Assembly (NCBI RefSeq): GCF_009834535.1
Contig: NC_045704.1
Span: 16,864,001 to 16,928,000, forward strand
DNA: 64,000 nucleotides
Source of the DNA: Camelus ferus
Lineage: Eukaryota
Reading direction: 5' to 3'
Shown: positions 22,041 to 44,255 of the stretch, in pieces
How positions within the stretch are numbered: the stretch's first letter is position 1
Layout of the letters: each line of letters starts with the position of its first letter
Made by a program: the position numbers and the translations under genes
Notes under the pieces: model-generated
Told to the model about the DNA's origin: nothing
Databases searched by the model: none
The model's input: only the letters and a program-made list of their open reading frames with translations

Positions 22041-25000
22041 ATGGAACCCAATGAAATGCCTGCTGTCCACCACTGCCCCTCAGACTCTGCCACAGAGGGT
22101 GAGACCAGAGCCCCCCAGGGCATGGAGCTGATCCCCAGGAGAGCTGTCAGTCGCTCTCCAACCTGCGCCCGCTGCCGCAACCATGGTGTTACTGCCCACC
22201 TCAAGGGCCACAAGCGCCTCTGCCTCTTTCAGGCTTGCGAGTGTCACAAGTGTGTCCTCATCTTGTGAGTATGAGGTCCAGGGAAGGGAAGAGGATGGAC
22301 CTCATGTAAAAGGTGACTAACTTAACTTTTGACTTGCCACCCCTCCTTTAGGGAGCGCCGAAGGGTCACGGCTGCCCAGGTGGCCTTGCGTAGGCAGCAG
22401 GAGGCACAGCTAAAGAAGCACCTGGCTGAGGGACTAATGAGGAGAGGCGCAGCCCCTCCCAAAGTTCTCAGCCGAGTCAAGAAGGGAGTCATTCGAGCAG
22501 GGGTCCACTGTGAGTTTCTCTTGCCAGGGCCGGGGCAGGGATTTGGGCAAAGAAAGCATAAGAAGGGGAAAGAGTCCCAGTCCTGCCACTGAACTGGTGT
22601 GTGACCTTGGGCAAGCTGTTACTACTCTCTGGGCCTCACCCTCCCCAACTATAAAATGTGATCAAGTGTTGGGAGGATGCAGTGAGATCTGTGGGTAGAA
22701 AAGGGACAGGGGGAGATAAAAAATCAGTTTGGGGTTGGGGTAGGATGGGGGGAAAGAACTCACCAAAGCTCTCTCTGGTCCCTCACAGCTGGAAAGGAGA
22801 ACATAGCACCCCAGCCTCAGACCTCCCATAGGGCAGTCCCACTGGCACTGACACCCCCTGGGAAGGTAAGGAGAGCCTGGACGCTGCTCGTACCCTTTCC
22901 TCTGTGCCCTTAACACCTGAGTTTTAGGTCCGGCCCTGACTTCTTATAACATCTTGGGCAAATCACTTTTCTCCCATGAGCAAAATGAAGGGGTGGGATT
23001 TGATGGCCTTCCAAGCTCTGAAGTTTTGGGATTCTACTCCCATCCTAGTACATACTTATTCCTTCCCCAGCCTACCTGACTCCAGCCTATGCCCCCTGCC
23101 CTTGCAGGAGAACTTCCGGGGGCCTCTGCTCCTCAGCCGTCCCACAGAAGCTTTGCCTTTGCCCTGGACTCCACTGCCTCCAGGCCCTTGGGCCCCTGGA
23201 CACTGGCTATCTCCTGGCCTTTCCATGCCAACCCCAGTGGTGTGCCGCTTGCTATGCCAAGAACCTGCTGTCCCTCTGCATCCCTTCCCTGGTAAGATGA
23301 ATTCAACACTAATCCAACAGATAGTTGAATGACTATACCACTGTATCAGAAAGCGAAGAGGAGAAGGCTACAGGGTAGAAAGTGGGAGGACCTCTATACA
23401 CTGCACATTCTCTTATCCTCTTCAGGTTTTGACCCTGGCTCTGCCCTCCGGCTGCCCACTCATGGGCCCTTCCCAGCCTGCCCAGGATCTCGCCCAATAC
23501 TGATGGCTCCTCTTTCTGGAGAATCCCAAGGGCCCTCTACCCTGCCCCACACGTGAGTAGGGAGAGAAGGATATGTGTTTATGATGTACTATGCTGGACA
23601 CCATAGTAGATGAGAAAAAAGAAAAGGTCTCAGACTAATGGGTGAAGCAGAGCTCTCCTAGCTCTGCCATTGCCTGGCTGCGAACTTCTGTACAAGTATC
23701 TTTACCTCTCTGAGCCATGTTTTTCTATCAGTAAATTGGAGGCACTATTACTTCTCAGGTTGTCACTGAGAATTAGCAATAATGTATGGACTACACCTAG
23801 CATAAGCCCTGGCCTTGACCAAATAGTTGCTAGGAAATCTGCTTAAATAGATAAGATGGGGTCGAACTGCCTGCTGAAATGGGGGCATGGGGTGGGGGAC
23901 ATGGCAAGAGCCTCAGAGGCCTAGGAGAGAGGCCAGAAGCCTTTAGAGAAAGCTTCCTAAAGGTGGCCCAAGCTTCTTCTGGAGTTCCATGGGGACCAGG
24001 GAACTAGTGGGGAAGGAAACCAGACTCTGGTAGGACAGGAACAGTCATCTATTCGCTCTAGACATTTTGTCAGTTTTTAAAAAACTGGCACCAGTGATTT
24101 CCCATAACTCTCACAATATCCCTGGGAGGAAGGAACTGGCAGAAATTTTCATTTTATAGAAAACAAATCAGGCCAAGACAGAGGAAGGGACTTGCCCAAG
24201 GCCACAAAGCCTAATGACACAACAGGCACTCAGATTCCCAGATCAGAATATAGCAAAATCCTGCCCCTCTTTCTATGTGTACATCTGTCCATGTTTAATC
24301 CCCCTGCCATCATTTCTCCTTGTTTCTAGATGCTCGACTCTGATACTGCAGCCCTGTGGCACCCCAGACCCTCTTCTGCTGCAGCCACAGGTCCTGGGAA
24401 AGAAGTGGGATCCAGCACCCTGGGGGAGGGAAGAGCAGGGGATAGTGAAGTAACCAGGGGCAGAGGGAGCACCTGGAGGATGGGCAGAAGTGGGGTTCCC
24501 AGTCTGCTTCTCTCCCTTCCTTTGCAGGCCCCTGGAGCCTCTCGCCTGGCCTGGACCTCTGCCCACTCTGAGAGGCAGCTGCAGCGGGAGGCAGCTGAGG
24601 CTCTTGTGGGGCTGAAAGATTCACCTCAGGCTCCCCGCCTGACCCCTTCTGTTCCCCCCAACCCTGCCTGGATCTCCCTGCTCCATCCCTGTGGCCCCTC
24701 AGGTAACCTGTTCCCTAAAAGGAGAGGATGGGATAGGCATGACTGGCAAATGGAGGTACTGGAGCAAACAGGGACTAACTAAGGAGATCAGGGTGTCAAC
24801 AGGTTGAACATCCCAGGCCCCAGGCTTCTCAACTGGAATTGCAGTTGAGAGTTGTTCAGTGGATCCGTCTTATCCTTTTTGTGCTCAAAAGCAAATATTC
24901 AGTGCCCTGATGTTAAAGAAAGTGAGGCCCAGAGAGAGATAGGGACTTGCCAGAGGGCATATAGCAAGGCAGTGGCAAACCTGGTCTCCTGACCCCAGCC

Positions 25001-25672
25001 CAAAGCTTTCTCTCTGGACCCAAGCTGCCTGCTGAAGTCTGGAGAGGGGCCTGCCTTCAATGAACTTCCATTCTATTTGGGGAACCTGGGTGCCTTCAAA
25101 AAGCTCAGTGGCAACCCTGGAGAGAACTAGAAGGGACAGAAAAGAAAGGCTGAGAATTATTCTGTCCAAAATGGTGGACTGGGCATGGTGAGCAGGTGAG
25201 GCTGAGGCCTGGAGGAGCTGCTGGAACAGGAGGAGGTGAGGCTGAAAGGCTTCTGGTCATGGAGGTCTGGCGTGCCAGGCTTAGCAGTCTAGACTAGCAC
25301 CCATACATGAAGGGGAGCCAGGGAATGTTTCTGGGCTGGGCGGGGACATATCCAGAGATCCTGAGCTTTAGAAATACAAGTATGGTGGCTGTGATAAAAG
25401 GACTGGAGGAGGCAAGGCTAGAGGTGGGAAAACCAGTGAGGAGGAAGTGTCTGCTCTAATCCAGGTAAACAAAGATGGATGGATGGGTTAAAAAGAGGGG
25501 GGTTGTTGGGAGGGGAAATGGATATGACTTGGTCCTGCCCCCTTCCTTCCTGCCTGTAGCTTCTGCTGGAGGAAGAGGATTCCAGCCTGTTGGCCCCTCT
25601 CTCCGACCCAGCCCAGTGCCCTCTGTGGCTCTGCATATTGGACATCTGGGGTCCATCTCCCTCCTAAGCTAG
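22041..25672 (+). CDS. DMRTC2: Doublesex- and mab-3-related transcription factor C2 (DMRT7), 372 aa
   Basis: Coding exons 22041-22264, 22352-22509, 22789-22865, 23108-23291, 23426-23552, 24330-24390, 24528-24702 and 25560-25672 (1119 nt, in frame). DM domain [41 protein letters not shown]; C-terminus [14 protein letters not shown]. Confidence 0.96.
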
Positions 25673-26079
25673 AAGCTCAGAGGTGAAGGCTTCACTTGGG
25701 CAGAAGGCAACAGCCCGTAGGCACTGCATATTTGGTATTTTACTTGCAGATTAATGCATGGAATGTAACGTTGTACAAGCTTCAGGCTTTTAAGCTTTTA
25801 GGTGCTTTGTTGGCTTTTGGTTCCTGTGTAGCATGGGCATTTCCTTGGGCAAAGGTGGATATTCTCTTATCCACCTTGGTTCCTGGGACCTTTTTAAATC
25901 TCCAGCAAAGAGAGAGTTGTGCGGTTTAAGCTAACCAGTATCTAAATAGATTTTTGCATGAGTTCATGTTCCAGGGTATTTATTTGACACATGATCCTAT
26001 ACATACCTGTGCACTCATGTCTGTCTCCATGCATGCAAAAACAGAAGAGTATTTCTTTTCATTTGGTGTCTAGGTTTGT

Positions 26080-26170
26080 GTGAGTAAGCAAGAAATAAAC
26101 CTGTGTTGTTTTAAGCCACTGAGACGTGGAGATTGTTATTGCAGCCTAACCTAGTCTATCCTGACTGACA
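26080..26170 (+). mobile_element. MaLR (MLT1) LTR 3' fragment carrying its own AATAAA
   Basis: AAGCAAGAAATAAACCTGTGTTGTTTTAAGCCACTGAG...TTATTGCAGCCTAACCTAGTCTATCCTGACTGACA. Confidence 0.65.
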
Positions 26171-28999
26171 GAAAAGACTTGTTCAATCCATGTCTCAAAG
26201 TGAAAATCAATTATTCAGTAACTACCACAAAGAAATACAAACTTGGATTTCTTGTTATAGCCAAATAAGAAAGAGTGGTAGAGGGGATATAGTTGGTGAT
26301 TCACTGATTCCATAATTAAGTGACTGCTCTGTGCCAGGCATGGACAGTTTCCAGCTGTCCAGAGGGCCACAAGTTGAAATGCCTGCAGAACCAAGCAGAC
26401 CCTGTAAATGAGTAAGACCAGAGGCACCCTAGAAAACTGAGAATGCATAGAACTGTTCCAAGCATGTGAAGACCTGCTGAGCTGTTCCAGCTAAGGGGGC
26501 AGCTTCCTTTTGGCCCTCCAGATTGTGCCAGGCAGGAATGTAGGTTCGGTATTACCATATCTTCTGATTTTTCAGGAGAAGCTGGAAAATTAGATTTCTA
26601 TGTAAAACATCTTAATTTTAAAATGTTGGCTCAGTTTTCTTTAAATCCTATTTGAGCCAAACAAAACATATCCTCAGGCCAGCTTTGCCCAATGGAATGC
26701 CAGTTCAATCTAACATAACATTTTTCAAATGGGGAGACTGAGAGCAATCAGAACAAGAAAAATCAAGTTAGTCTTTATCAAGGGCTTGTCCAGAATTAGG
26801 GAGGTTCATGTATCTAAATTTTGAAGGATCTATAAAAGGTTAGCGATAATTACCATTTATTGAGTACCCACTGTGTACATTTCATATACATCCTCAGCAA
26901 CTCTATAAGCTATGAATGATTACTCCAATTTTATGAATAAAGGAGCAAGCTTAAAGAGATAAAGTGACTTGACTAAGTATTTTAGGGAAAATTTCTAGGC
27001 AAGTATTGGAGGACGGTTGTTTTTCCTTGCCAGGCCTCAAATCAATTAGCAGGTAATTTTTATAATATGTAGAGTGAAAGATCCAAGACTCCAGGAGACA
27101 GACACAAGTCCCAACAGTTTTTCAAAAAGTCTTTATTTTTCTACTCAAGATATTGGTAAGTAATAATATGATCTTACTCACATTTGTTTCTTCATCCTCT
27201 GCTGTCAAGTCCTTCTCTTTGAACCATTTCAAGCATGTGAAGACCTGCTGAGCTATTGCAAAAACAGGAAGACCTGGAGACCCTCATCCCCATTCCCACC
27301 CTTAGAAGGGCCAGACAGAAATTTCAAGGGTTGTGCCTGAGCAATAATTCTTTTTCCTGATGTAACCTACCTACCTACCTCTCTTTTTATTCAAGATAAT
27401 TGATGGTGATGGAATCCAATTACAACTTGCTCTTTCTTGTCTGGGGCCTTGAGAAGGCGGGCTTCTTCTAACAGTTTAGAGTAACAGATCTGCAGCACAT
27501 CTCGGAACTCAGCACAAGATCATCAAAGGACTGAAATCTGCTTCACACCTTCCTTCCCTACCCTCATTATAACTTAGATATATGATTGCCCCTTAATAGA
27601 CCTGCTTAAGCTTTGCTGTGCCATGCTGTCCCAGTGATAGATGATCAAACCCACACAGTCACAGAAGGGAAGCATTGCAATATGCAACATGGCCAAGACC
27701 CTGCTACTCAGGGCTGACCAAAGGTCCCCAATACACCAAGGTCACACAGCTGGAAAAAGTAAAAGAGAAAGTGTAATTTGGGGTTAAAGGATGACATGAG
27801 AAAATGGAGGAAAGGAGAAATAAAATGATGGAGACTGGCGGAAGGAGCTGGGTGCAGGCCCCTCTTTACAGGCCCTTCTCATTTCTCTGCAGCCCATCTC
27901 CCCCTTTTTGTCCTGGCAGGGCTTTTCACACTACCTGCTAGGCCTACTTTGTCTATCATGTTGTTAGGGCTACCTTTTTGGTGCCTGAGAGAGAGAGGCA
28001 GAGGCTCTGCAGACATCATCAGCTTTGGGGAAAAGAGCAGATTTAAGAATTGCTCATGCTCCCATGTGGCTGCAGCATCCTTCACCTGCGTTTGTGGGGA
28101 GCCAGTGGGCTCTTGGCTTCTGACCAATCCTTGGAGATTACAGCCAATGGACTATGAGCACTGTTTCATATGCCACCCCTTTTCCCATTACAAAGTGAGG
28201 AAAGATGTTGCTCAGGTCTGATAGGGTATTAAGTAAATCATCCCCCTTCTAAGCTTCCTTCGTGTACCATCCTGATTTTCTGCACAAATAACCAGTGAGG
28301 TTCCAAATTTGAAGCACCATCCCTGCTTCTCTCTCCAAACAAAACTCCTCCCTGACAGACACCTATGTTTTTCTTCAAGAGCTCATTTCACATTCTGCCC
28401 TTTGGGAATCCCTGCTCCCTTCACTTTAGCCCTATGTGAGCCTGGTCCACTCCTAACCACATTCCTTGTCCAGTGTTTAACTGACATCATACAGTAGATC
28501 ATCCCCATACAGTTTTTGTACTCAGACCCTCATTGTCTGGTCCATGTAGGCCTCGTTCTGCACCCCTGTCCCATTGTGTAGCTGGCTCTGCAGCCCCCAT
28601 AGCATAGATCCTCATGAGAACCTGAGCTCTTTACAAAAGCAAGATTCATCCTTTTTATCTGACTTTAAATCTGTGATAAGCCTCTCAGGCAGAGTTCTTT
28701 ACATTCCATAGGGCTCCCTGGCCCCTACTTTACAGGCCTGATCACCCTGAGCTATGCCTATTTCTGTCCAACTATGTCTTCCTCTCCAAGAATAAGCACT
28801 CTCAGGGGGCAGGGCCTGCATTCAGTTCCTCTCTTGAGTGCTCAGAATAAATGTCTAAACACGTTGTATTGATTACTTAGGAACTGTTTTTTTCCCTACA
28901 AAGTTAACGCACTCTAATGCCACCTCTCCCCTCGTCACAACATGAACAATGTCCTGACTGCAAACCGATTTTTATGAGTTGTTTTTTGGGGGGGGTTAT

Positions 29000-29215
29000 G
29001 GGTTTTTTGTTTTGTTTTGTTTTTGGAGCAGTTTTTCAGTTCACAGTAAAATTGGGGAGAAAATAAGTGTTCCCATAGTCCCTCTGCTCCCGCAAAAACA
29101 CAGCCTTCTCCACTATCAACATCCCACATCAGAATGGTGCATTTGTTACAATCGATGAACCTATACTGACACATCATCATCATCCAAAATCCATAGTTTG
29201 CACTGGGGTTCACAC
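29000..29215 (-). mobile_element. LINE-1 3'UTR fragment (L1MB-like)
   Basis: T-rich tail, then GCAGTTTTTCAGTTCACAGTAAAATTG...CATTTGTTACAATCGATGAACCTATACTGACACATCAT. Confidence 0.75.
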
Positions 29216-29749
29216 TGAAATGTTCCTCTTTGCAGCCAGTTAACAATTTTATCAGAGCACAGGCCTGTCCCTTGTGTTCTTGGTTATTGGACCTGGTAAG
29301 GATTAAACTAGATAATGCATATAATACTAAATAATGTTTACCAGTGCCTAGGACAGAGTAGGCACACAAAAAATGTTTGTTGATAGAATTAGTATGTGTT
29401 CACTATATACAGAAACAGTCACTTTTAAAGGGGGCAAATAATCGGAATCCCGGCTGTTTCCACTACATCTTTTTTTTCTTATTTTTAATGGAGTGACTGA
29501 AGCCCTGAGAGGGCAAGTGGACAACCTAAAGCTGCACGGGTCAGTAAGGCAGGTAAATCTAAGTGGGCAAAATAAACCTAAAGGGCTGAGAGAACATACT
29601 CAGGCGCTAGGAGGCAGAGCAGCACTAACTTCTTCCAAGGTCCCGCCTCACTCTCTTTGTCCCTGCCCTTATCTGTTCCCCGCCCCCAGAGCCTCCTTCC
29701 GCTATCCTAGGCCGTGGTGAAGCAATTTCTGCCCTAAGAGGGGTGGGGC

Positions 29750-30286
29750 TTCCGTCTTCTGATCTCGCGAGTACTAATGGTCACGGAAGGAAAGGTGGTG
29801 GCTATAATTTCTTCCTTGCCCTTCCCCTGGGCTCACAGTTCCGCCCTTACTAGCGCCACTTCCGGCCAGAAAAGTAGTCGTCCCGTTAGGGGTGCCAGCA
29901 GTGGACAGCTCTCTTTCATTCCCGCCCACCGGTTGCCCCATAACTTCCGCCAGGAGATACAGTCTGCGCCCGCCGCTATTCGTTCCACCCACGATCGAAG
30001 AAAACGAAGCCAGATCCCTCCAGCTCAAGACGGGAGCTCTCCTCTGTTACGCTCCGGGAGAAGGAAGGGCGGGGAAGGAACAAGCCTCCACGCCCGTCCC
30101 CTCACGCCACACCACCCACCAGGTTCGCTGAGGCGAAGCCGCATTTGCCCTGAGAGAGGCGGGGCCGCCTTGTCCAACTTCACTCTCGCGAGCTCTCAGA
30201 ATTCTCGCGATAGCCGACACCCGACTTGTGCGCCCGGGAAACCCCGTTGCTCCCTTTCCCCTGGCTGGCAGCGCGGAGGCCGCACG
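29750..30286 (+). promoter_or_regulatory. RPS19: RPS19 CpG-island promoter and non-coding exon 1 with 5'TOP tract
   Basis: ETS-type CACTTCCGG near 29857; three TCTCGCGA motifs; pyrimidine tract CTCCCTTTCCCCT from about 30250; exon 1 donor CACG|GTAAGG at 30286/30287. Confidence 0.85.
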
Positions 30287-30651
30287 GTAAGGCCAGTGCT
30301 CCTGTTCGGTCTGGGCTCGGGGCATTGGGACCCGACTCCGGAGCCCGGAGCGTCTCCCTGGGGGCTCCGGGGCACCGGTGTGGGGCCGCCCCGCCCCCTG
30401 GAGCCGCGGCCACGTGCGAGCGGCAGGCCCGGGCATGCCTGATCCGCACGGTCCGGGAACCGAGACGGCCTGGTGGACCGGGGTGGCCCCCAGAATCGGG
30501 TCATATGGTGTTCTCACTAACGGGGACAGGCAGCATTCGTACTACCCAGAGAGACCGTGGGCGTCGGGGAACTGTAGGGCCCACAGACGACAGGGCTTTT
30601 AGGGCCCGGAATTGAAGATCTTCCGGCGGTAACGGGAGCGCGGCGGTTTAG

Positions 30652-37681
<7,030 letters not shown>

Positions 37682-39739
37682 AACAAATGATGCTGGGTTA
37701 ATAAATTGCCTCATTCGTAATCCTGGTCTGGGTCTCTTGATCTCTCATGAGGAAGGAGCACTGCACTTCAGCTTGGAAAGAGGGGCCGGGGGGGGTTCCT
37801 GGATGGCTGTGGAGCTCAATAGGCCCAGAAACTTGAGGCCTGGCCTTTTGGGTTCAGACACTTGTGCCCCAAGAGGGCAAGGTGATGGTGCAATCCCAGG
37901 GGCCTTTGTGCCTCCCCCACAACCTGCCTTTGCAAGTCTCAGAAAATAAGAAACTGAAAGTTCAAGCAGTGGCCTCAGCTGGGCCCTTGGGACCTGCTGG
38001 AGCAAAGCAGAAGGGGCCTGGGGCTCGGGTGCTTCTTCCCTGGAAAGAGATGTACAAGGACTGACAGCCCTCACTGCCAGTGGCCCTGTGAGTGCTTACC
38101 GCTGAAGGTGGCCTCTGCACCTCCCTTCCCTGGCTGACACAGGAGCCCTCATTTCCGGGATCTCCGTGGCCTTAGGTCCTGCTAAAATGAAGTTAGCCCT
38201 ACAGCCCCAGGGTTTGGGATGCAGTGTTGAAGGTGTGGTCTCGGGCGGGGTCGCTGCTTCCGCCTCAGGGGAGGGATGCGCATGGCGCCTGCGCACAGGC
38301 TGAGCTCCCAGGACCCTCAGAGCACCACCTCCATGTTGCTGCATGGTGATTGGTTCTTCGCACCAGCTGGGCGGGAGCTCATCCAGTGATTGGACACCTG
38401 GTCGGATGGCAGGAGATACGGAAGGGTGCCCCCCAGGCACGTGCCGAGCTTTAGAAAGGAACCCCCTACCGCCCCCTGTGACCAGAACCCAAATCCCAGT
38501 TAAGAAAACTAAGGTGCCGAGCCTGAGTTGGCTAGGCGAAGACCCCCAAAGTTCCCCCATCCCAAGTAATTCCTCAGGTCACACCTATTTCCTTACAGTG
38601 CCACACCTGGCTTTGGACTCAAAATGACAGTCAAATTCCAACACTGCCCCTAATCCTGTGCCACAGTGAGCAGCTTATCCGCTGAGCCCTCCGCTCCTGT
38701 CTAAAGCAGCTTTCTCCTGCCTGCGGGATTCGGGGAGATGCACAAATGGAAAGATGATCAGAGTCCTACACCCGGTCAGACCTCCCAGCTCAGAGGTTGC
38801 TAGTGCTGGAAGATTTGCACTGAATAAACACTAGAACCTACCCATGCAAGGTACTTTATCAATATACCATTTAATACATTGAGGTAGGTGCCGAAAAGCA
38901 CCCACAGTTTGGAGATGAAAGTAAGTCCAGGTTGGGTAATTTGCCTGATACTCCACAGGTAGGAGGTGGCAAAGCCAGCATTTGGACCCAGGCAGCCCGC
39001 CTCCGGCCCCAGGCTCTAGCCATTGCAGGGCATTGTTCTCAAAAGTGAAGGAAAAGGGAAAATGAGGCCCAAAGAGTTACACTCCTGGGCATGGCCTTGA
39101 GCCACTCACTCCTTGTTTTGGTCTTAAGTTTACTCTTTTGCCAATTGACGGTGAGTTGTCCTGAAAAATGCAATCCCAAGCCGTCCTGAGAATGGTTCAC
39201 TCGTACACCGCCAGACACCAGGGGTGCTGGGTCAGCGGGAGGTGGAGGTGCCCAGACAGACCAGCGGGCCTGAGAGGGCCTGCAATGCGGCAGCCGTGCC
39301 AATCCAGCCACTGGGGGGCAGTTGAGGGCCTGGAAACTGGCTCAGCCAGGAAGGATGCTCTGACAGAGCTGAATTCCTAAAGGCTGTAGCGTCTGGACCT
39401 AGGCTTCTTCCTAGGTGCGGGTCATAAGGAGGAACTGAAGCAAAGAGGGGCTAGTGACCAGCTATACAGCGAGGGGCTCAACAGAACAAACACCTGGGTC
39501 CCTGGAGGGAAGAGGGGAGGGTCTGGGGGCCAGAGAAGAGGAACTGTGTCCTAGGAACTGTGCTAAGCACACTGTGTGATATTCTTACAGCCTCACAAGT
39601 GGGGTTCTGGGAGGTGGTGCTGGACATTGTGCCCAGATTACAGGAGGAGAAACTGAGGCTGAGACAGCCAGGCAATTGGCAGAGCTGAGATTCAAACCCA
39701 GAAGTGTGAATTCTTGAGGCCCACGTTCTGTGTAGGTGA

Positions 39740-40210
39740 CAGTTGCCCTTTTTTAAAACTACGAAATATATCAAGCATGCAAAACAGCGTACATAATAGT
39801 GTAACACAGACCCATGAGGCCACCACTCAGCTTAAGAAGTAAGAATAAAACTAAGACAGACCAAGACCTCTGCATACCCTTCCCAGCCACAACCTCCTCG
39901 CTTCCCCTAAAGGTAACCCCTCTCTGGCATGGGGTGCCACTCCCCTGCACGGGTTTGCACCTTTTCTGCAGACACATGTGTCCCTAACGGCACATGATGT
40001 TTTGCCTTTTGAAAACAAATCAGCCAGATCCTGCCATAGTACGTTTCTTCTCATTTTCTTGTTTCTGAGATGCAGCCTGGTTGACAAGTAAGCGCAGCCT
40101 CTTCTCCGGCCGTGTGCTACTCCATTGGCTGACTCTACCTTAATGTATCCATCCCTTCTGTAAGTGGTCTTTCCGTGTTTCCTCATTTTTCCTACCAAAG
40201 ATCTCCCTGC
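39740..40210 (-). mobile_element. Old LINE-1 3'-end fragment (L1ME-like), flanked by MIR-like pieces
   Basis: Pattern CCACCACTCAGCTTAAGAAGTAAGAA...AGGTAACCCCTCT...TTTGCACCTTT...TTCTTCTCATTTTCTTG, typical of antisense L1ME 3'UTR. Confidence 0.55.
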
Positions 40211-41004
40211 CATGAATTTTCTCCTAGGTGTCTCCTTGTGTGTGTGAGAGATGGTCCCCTAACTGCTCATAGACTTCTCAACAATCTCATTTCATTCTCC
40301 TCCCCCACCTCTCAGGCCCCACTTCCCTCCCACATGACCTGAAATGATGCTCAAAGGAACCCGGGCATACATCAATGACTTGGAATACCTGCTCCACCAC
40401 CAGACTGAATGCTGGACAAGTGACAGTGATGGCGTCCCCTCTCTGTGACGGCATCAGTTTCCTCATCTATAAAATGGGGGGTGGACTACCCTACCTGCCT
40501 GGAGGGGGGCTGAAAGGATGTCAGGAAAGAGCCCATCGTGACCTTGGGTACCGGGAGCATAATTCGTGTCACAACACCAGGGAGATATTTTTATCCTCAT
40601 CGTTTGGATTAAAAATGCCTAGGCTCAAAAAGGGAAGCCACCACCTAGTCACCGAGCTGGTGGACCTGCCTCACTTACTCCTCATGAACATTAATAGGAA
40701 CCAACATTTACTGAGCACCTATGTGCCAGGCCCTGTGCTCAGTGCTCTGCATGCACAACCTCTTAAAGTTCGCTTTTCCTACCCCAAGAAGTGAAGACAC
40801 AGAGAGAGGACAAGTTTTACCCAAGGCCAGTGAGGGGCAGAGACCAAATTCAGGATCACACACGCGCGCACACACACACACACATATACACACACACCTG
40901 CTGCTCCCCCTGCATATAGCAGGCACTCCAAAATCTGGCTCAGTCAGACTTCCTTTCCAGTGACGAGCCAGGCCTTGAACCAACCTCTTTCCCCCACCCA
41001 AGCA

Positions 41005-41257
41005 CACTTCTCTCAGGGGAATTGTGGTGGCCACAGGTGCAGGGAGCGGTTCCTCTCCACTCTCGGCTTGAAGACTTCGGACAGGGGCTGCCCCCCCCCC
41101 CCCCCCGCCCAACAGCCAGAGGGCCCAGCAGTGGGGCCAGTGGAGCCCATCTCCGCAGGGCTGGGCAGGAAGTGGGGCGGGGCTTGGGGCTCGGCCGAGG
41201 TGGGATCTGGTACCCCAGTTTGGCTGCCACCCAGACTAACCAACTCACTAGGAGAAG
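41005..41257 (+). promoter_or_regulatory. CD79A: B-cell-specific mb-1/CD79A promoter
   Basis: Same order as the characterised mouse mb-1 promoter: EBF-like TCTCAGGGGA 41011-41020, Runx TGTGGT 41023-41028, E-box CAGGTG 41034-41039, Pax5/Ets composite GGGGCCAGTGGAGCCCATCTCCG 41133-41155, Ets CAGGAAGT 41166-41173, Sp1 GGGGCGGGG 41174-41182. Confidence 0.85.

Positions 41258-44255
<2,998 letters not shown>

Noticed and set aside
29777-30517. 221-aa and overlapping ORFs at the RPS19 promoter
   Set aside because: Stop-poor GC-rich CpG island with low-complexity R/P/G/S translations; overlaps the known non-coding exon 1.
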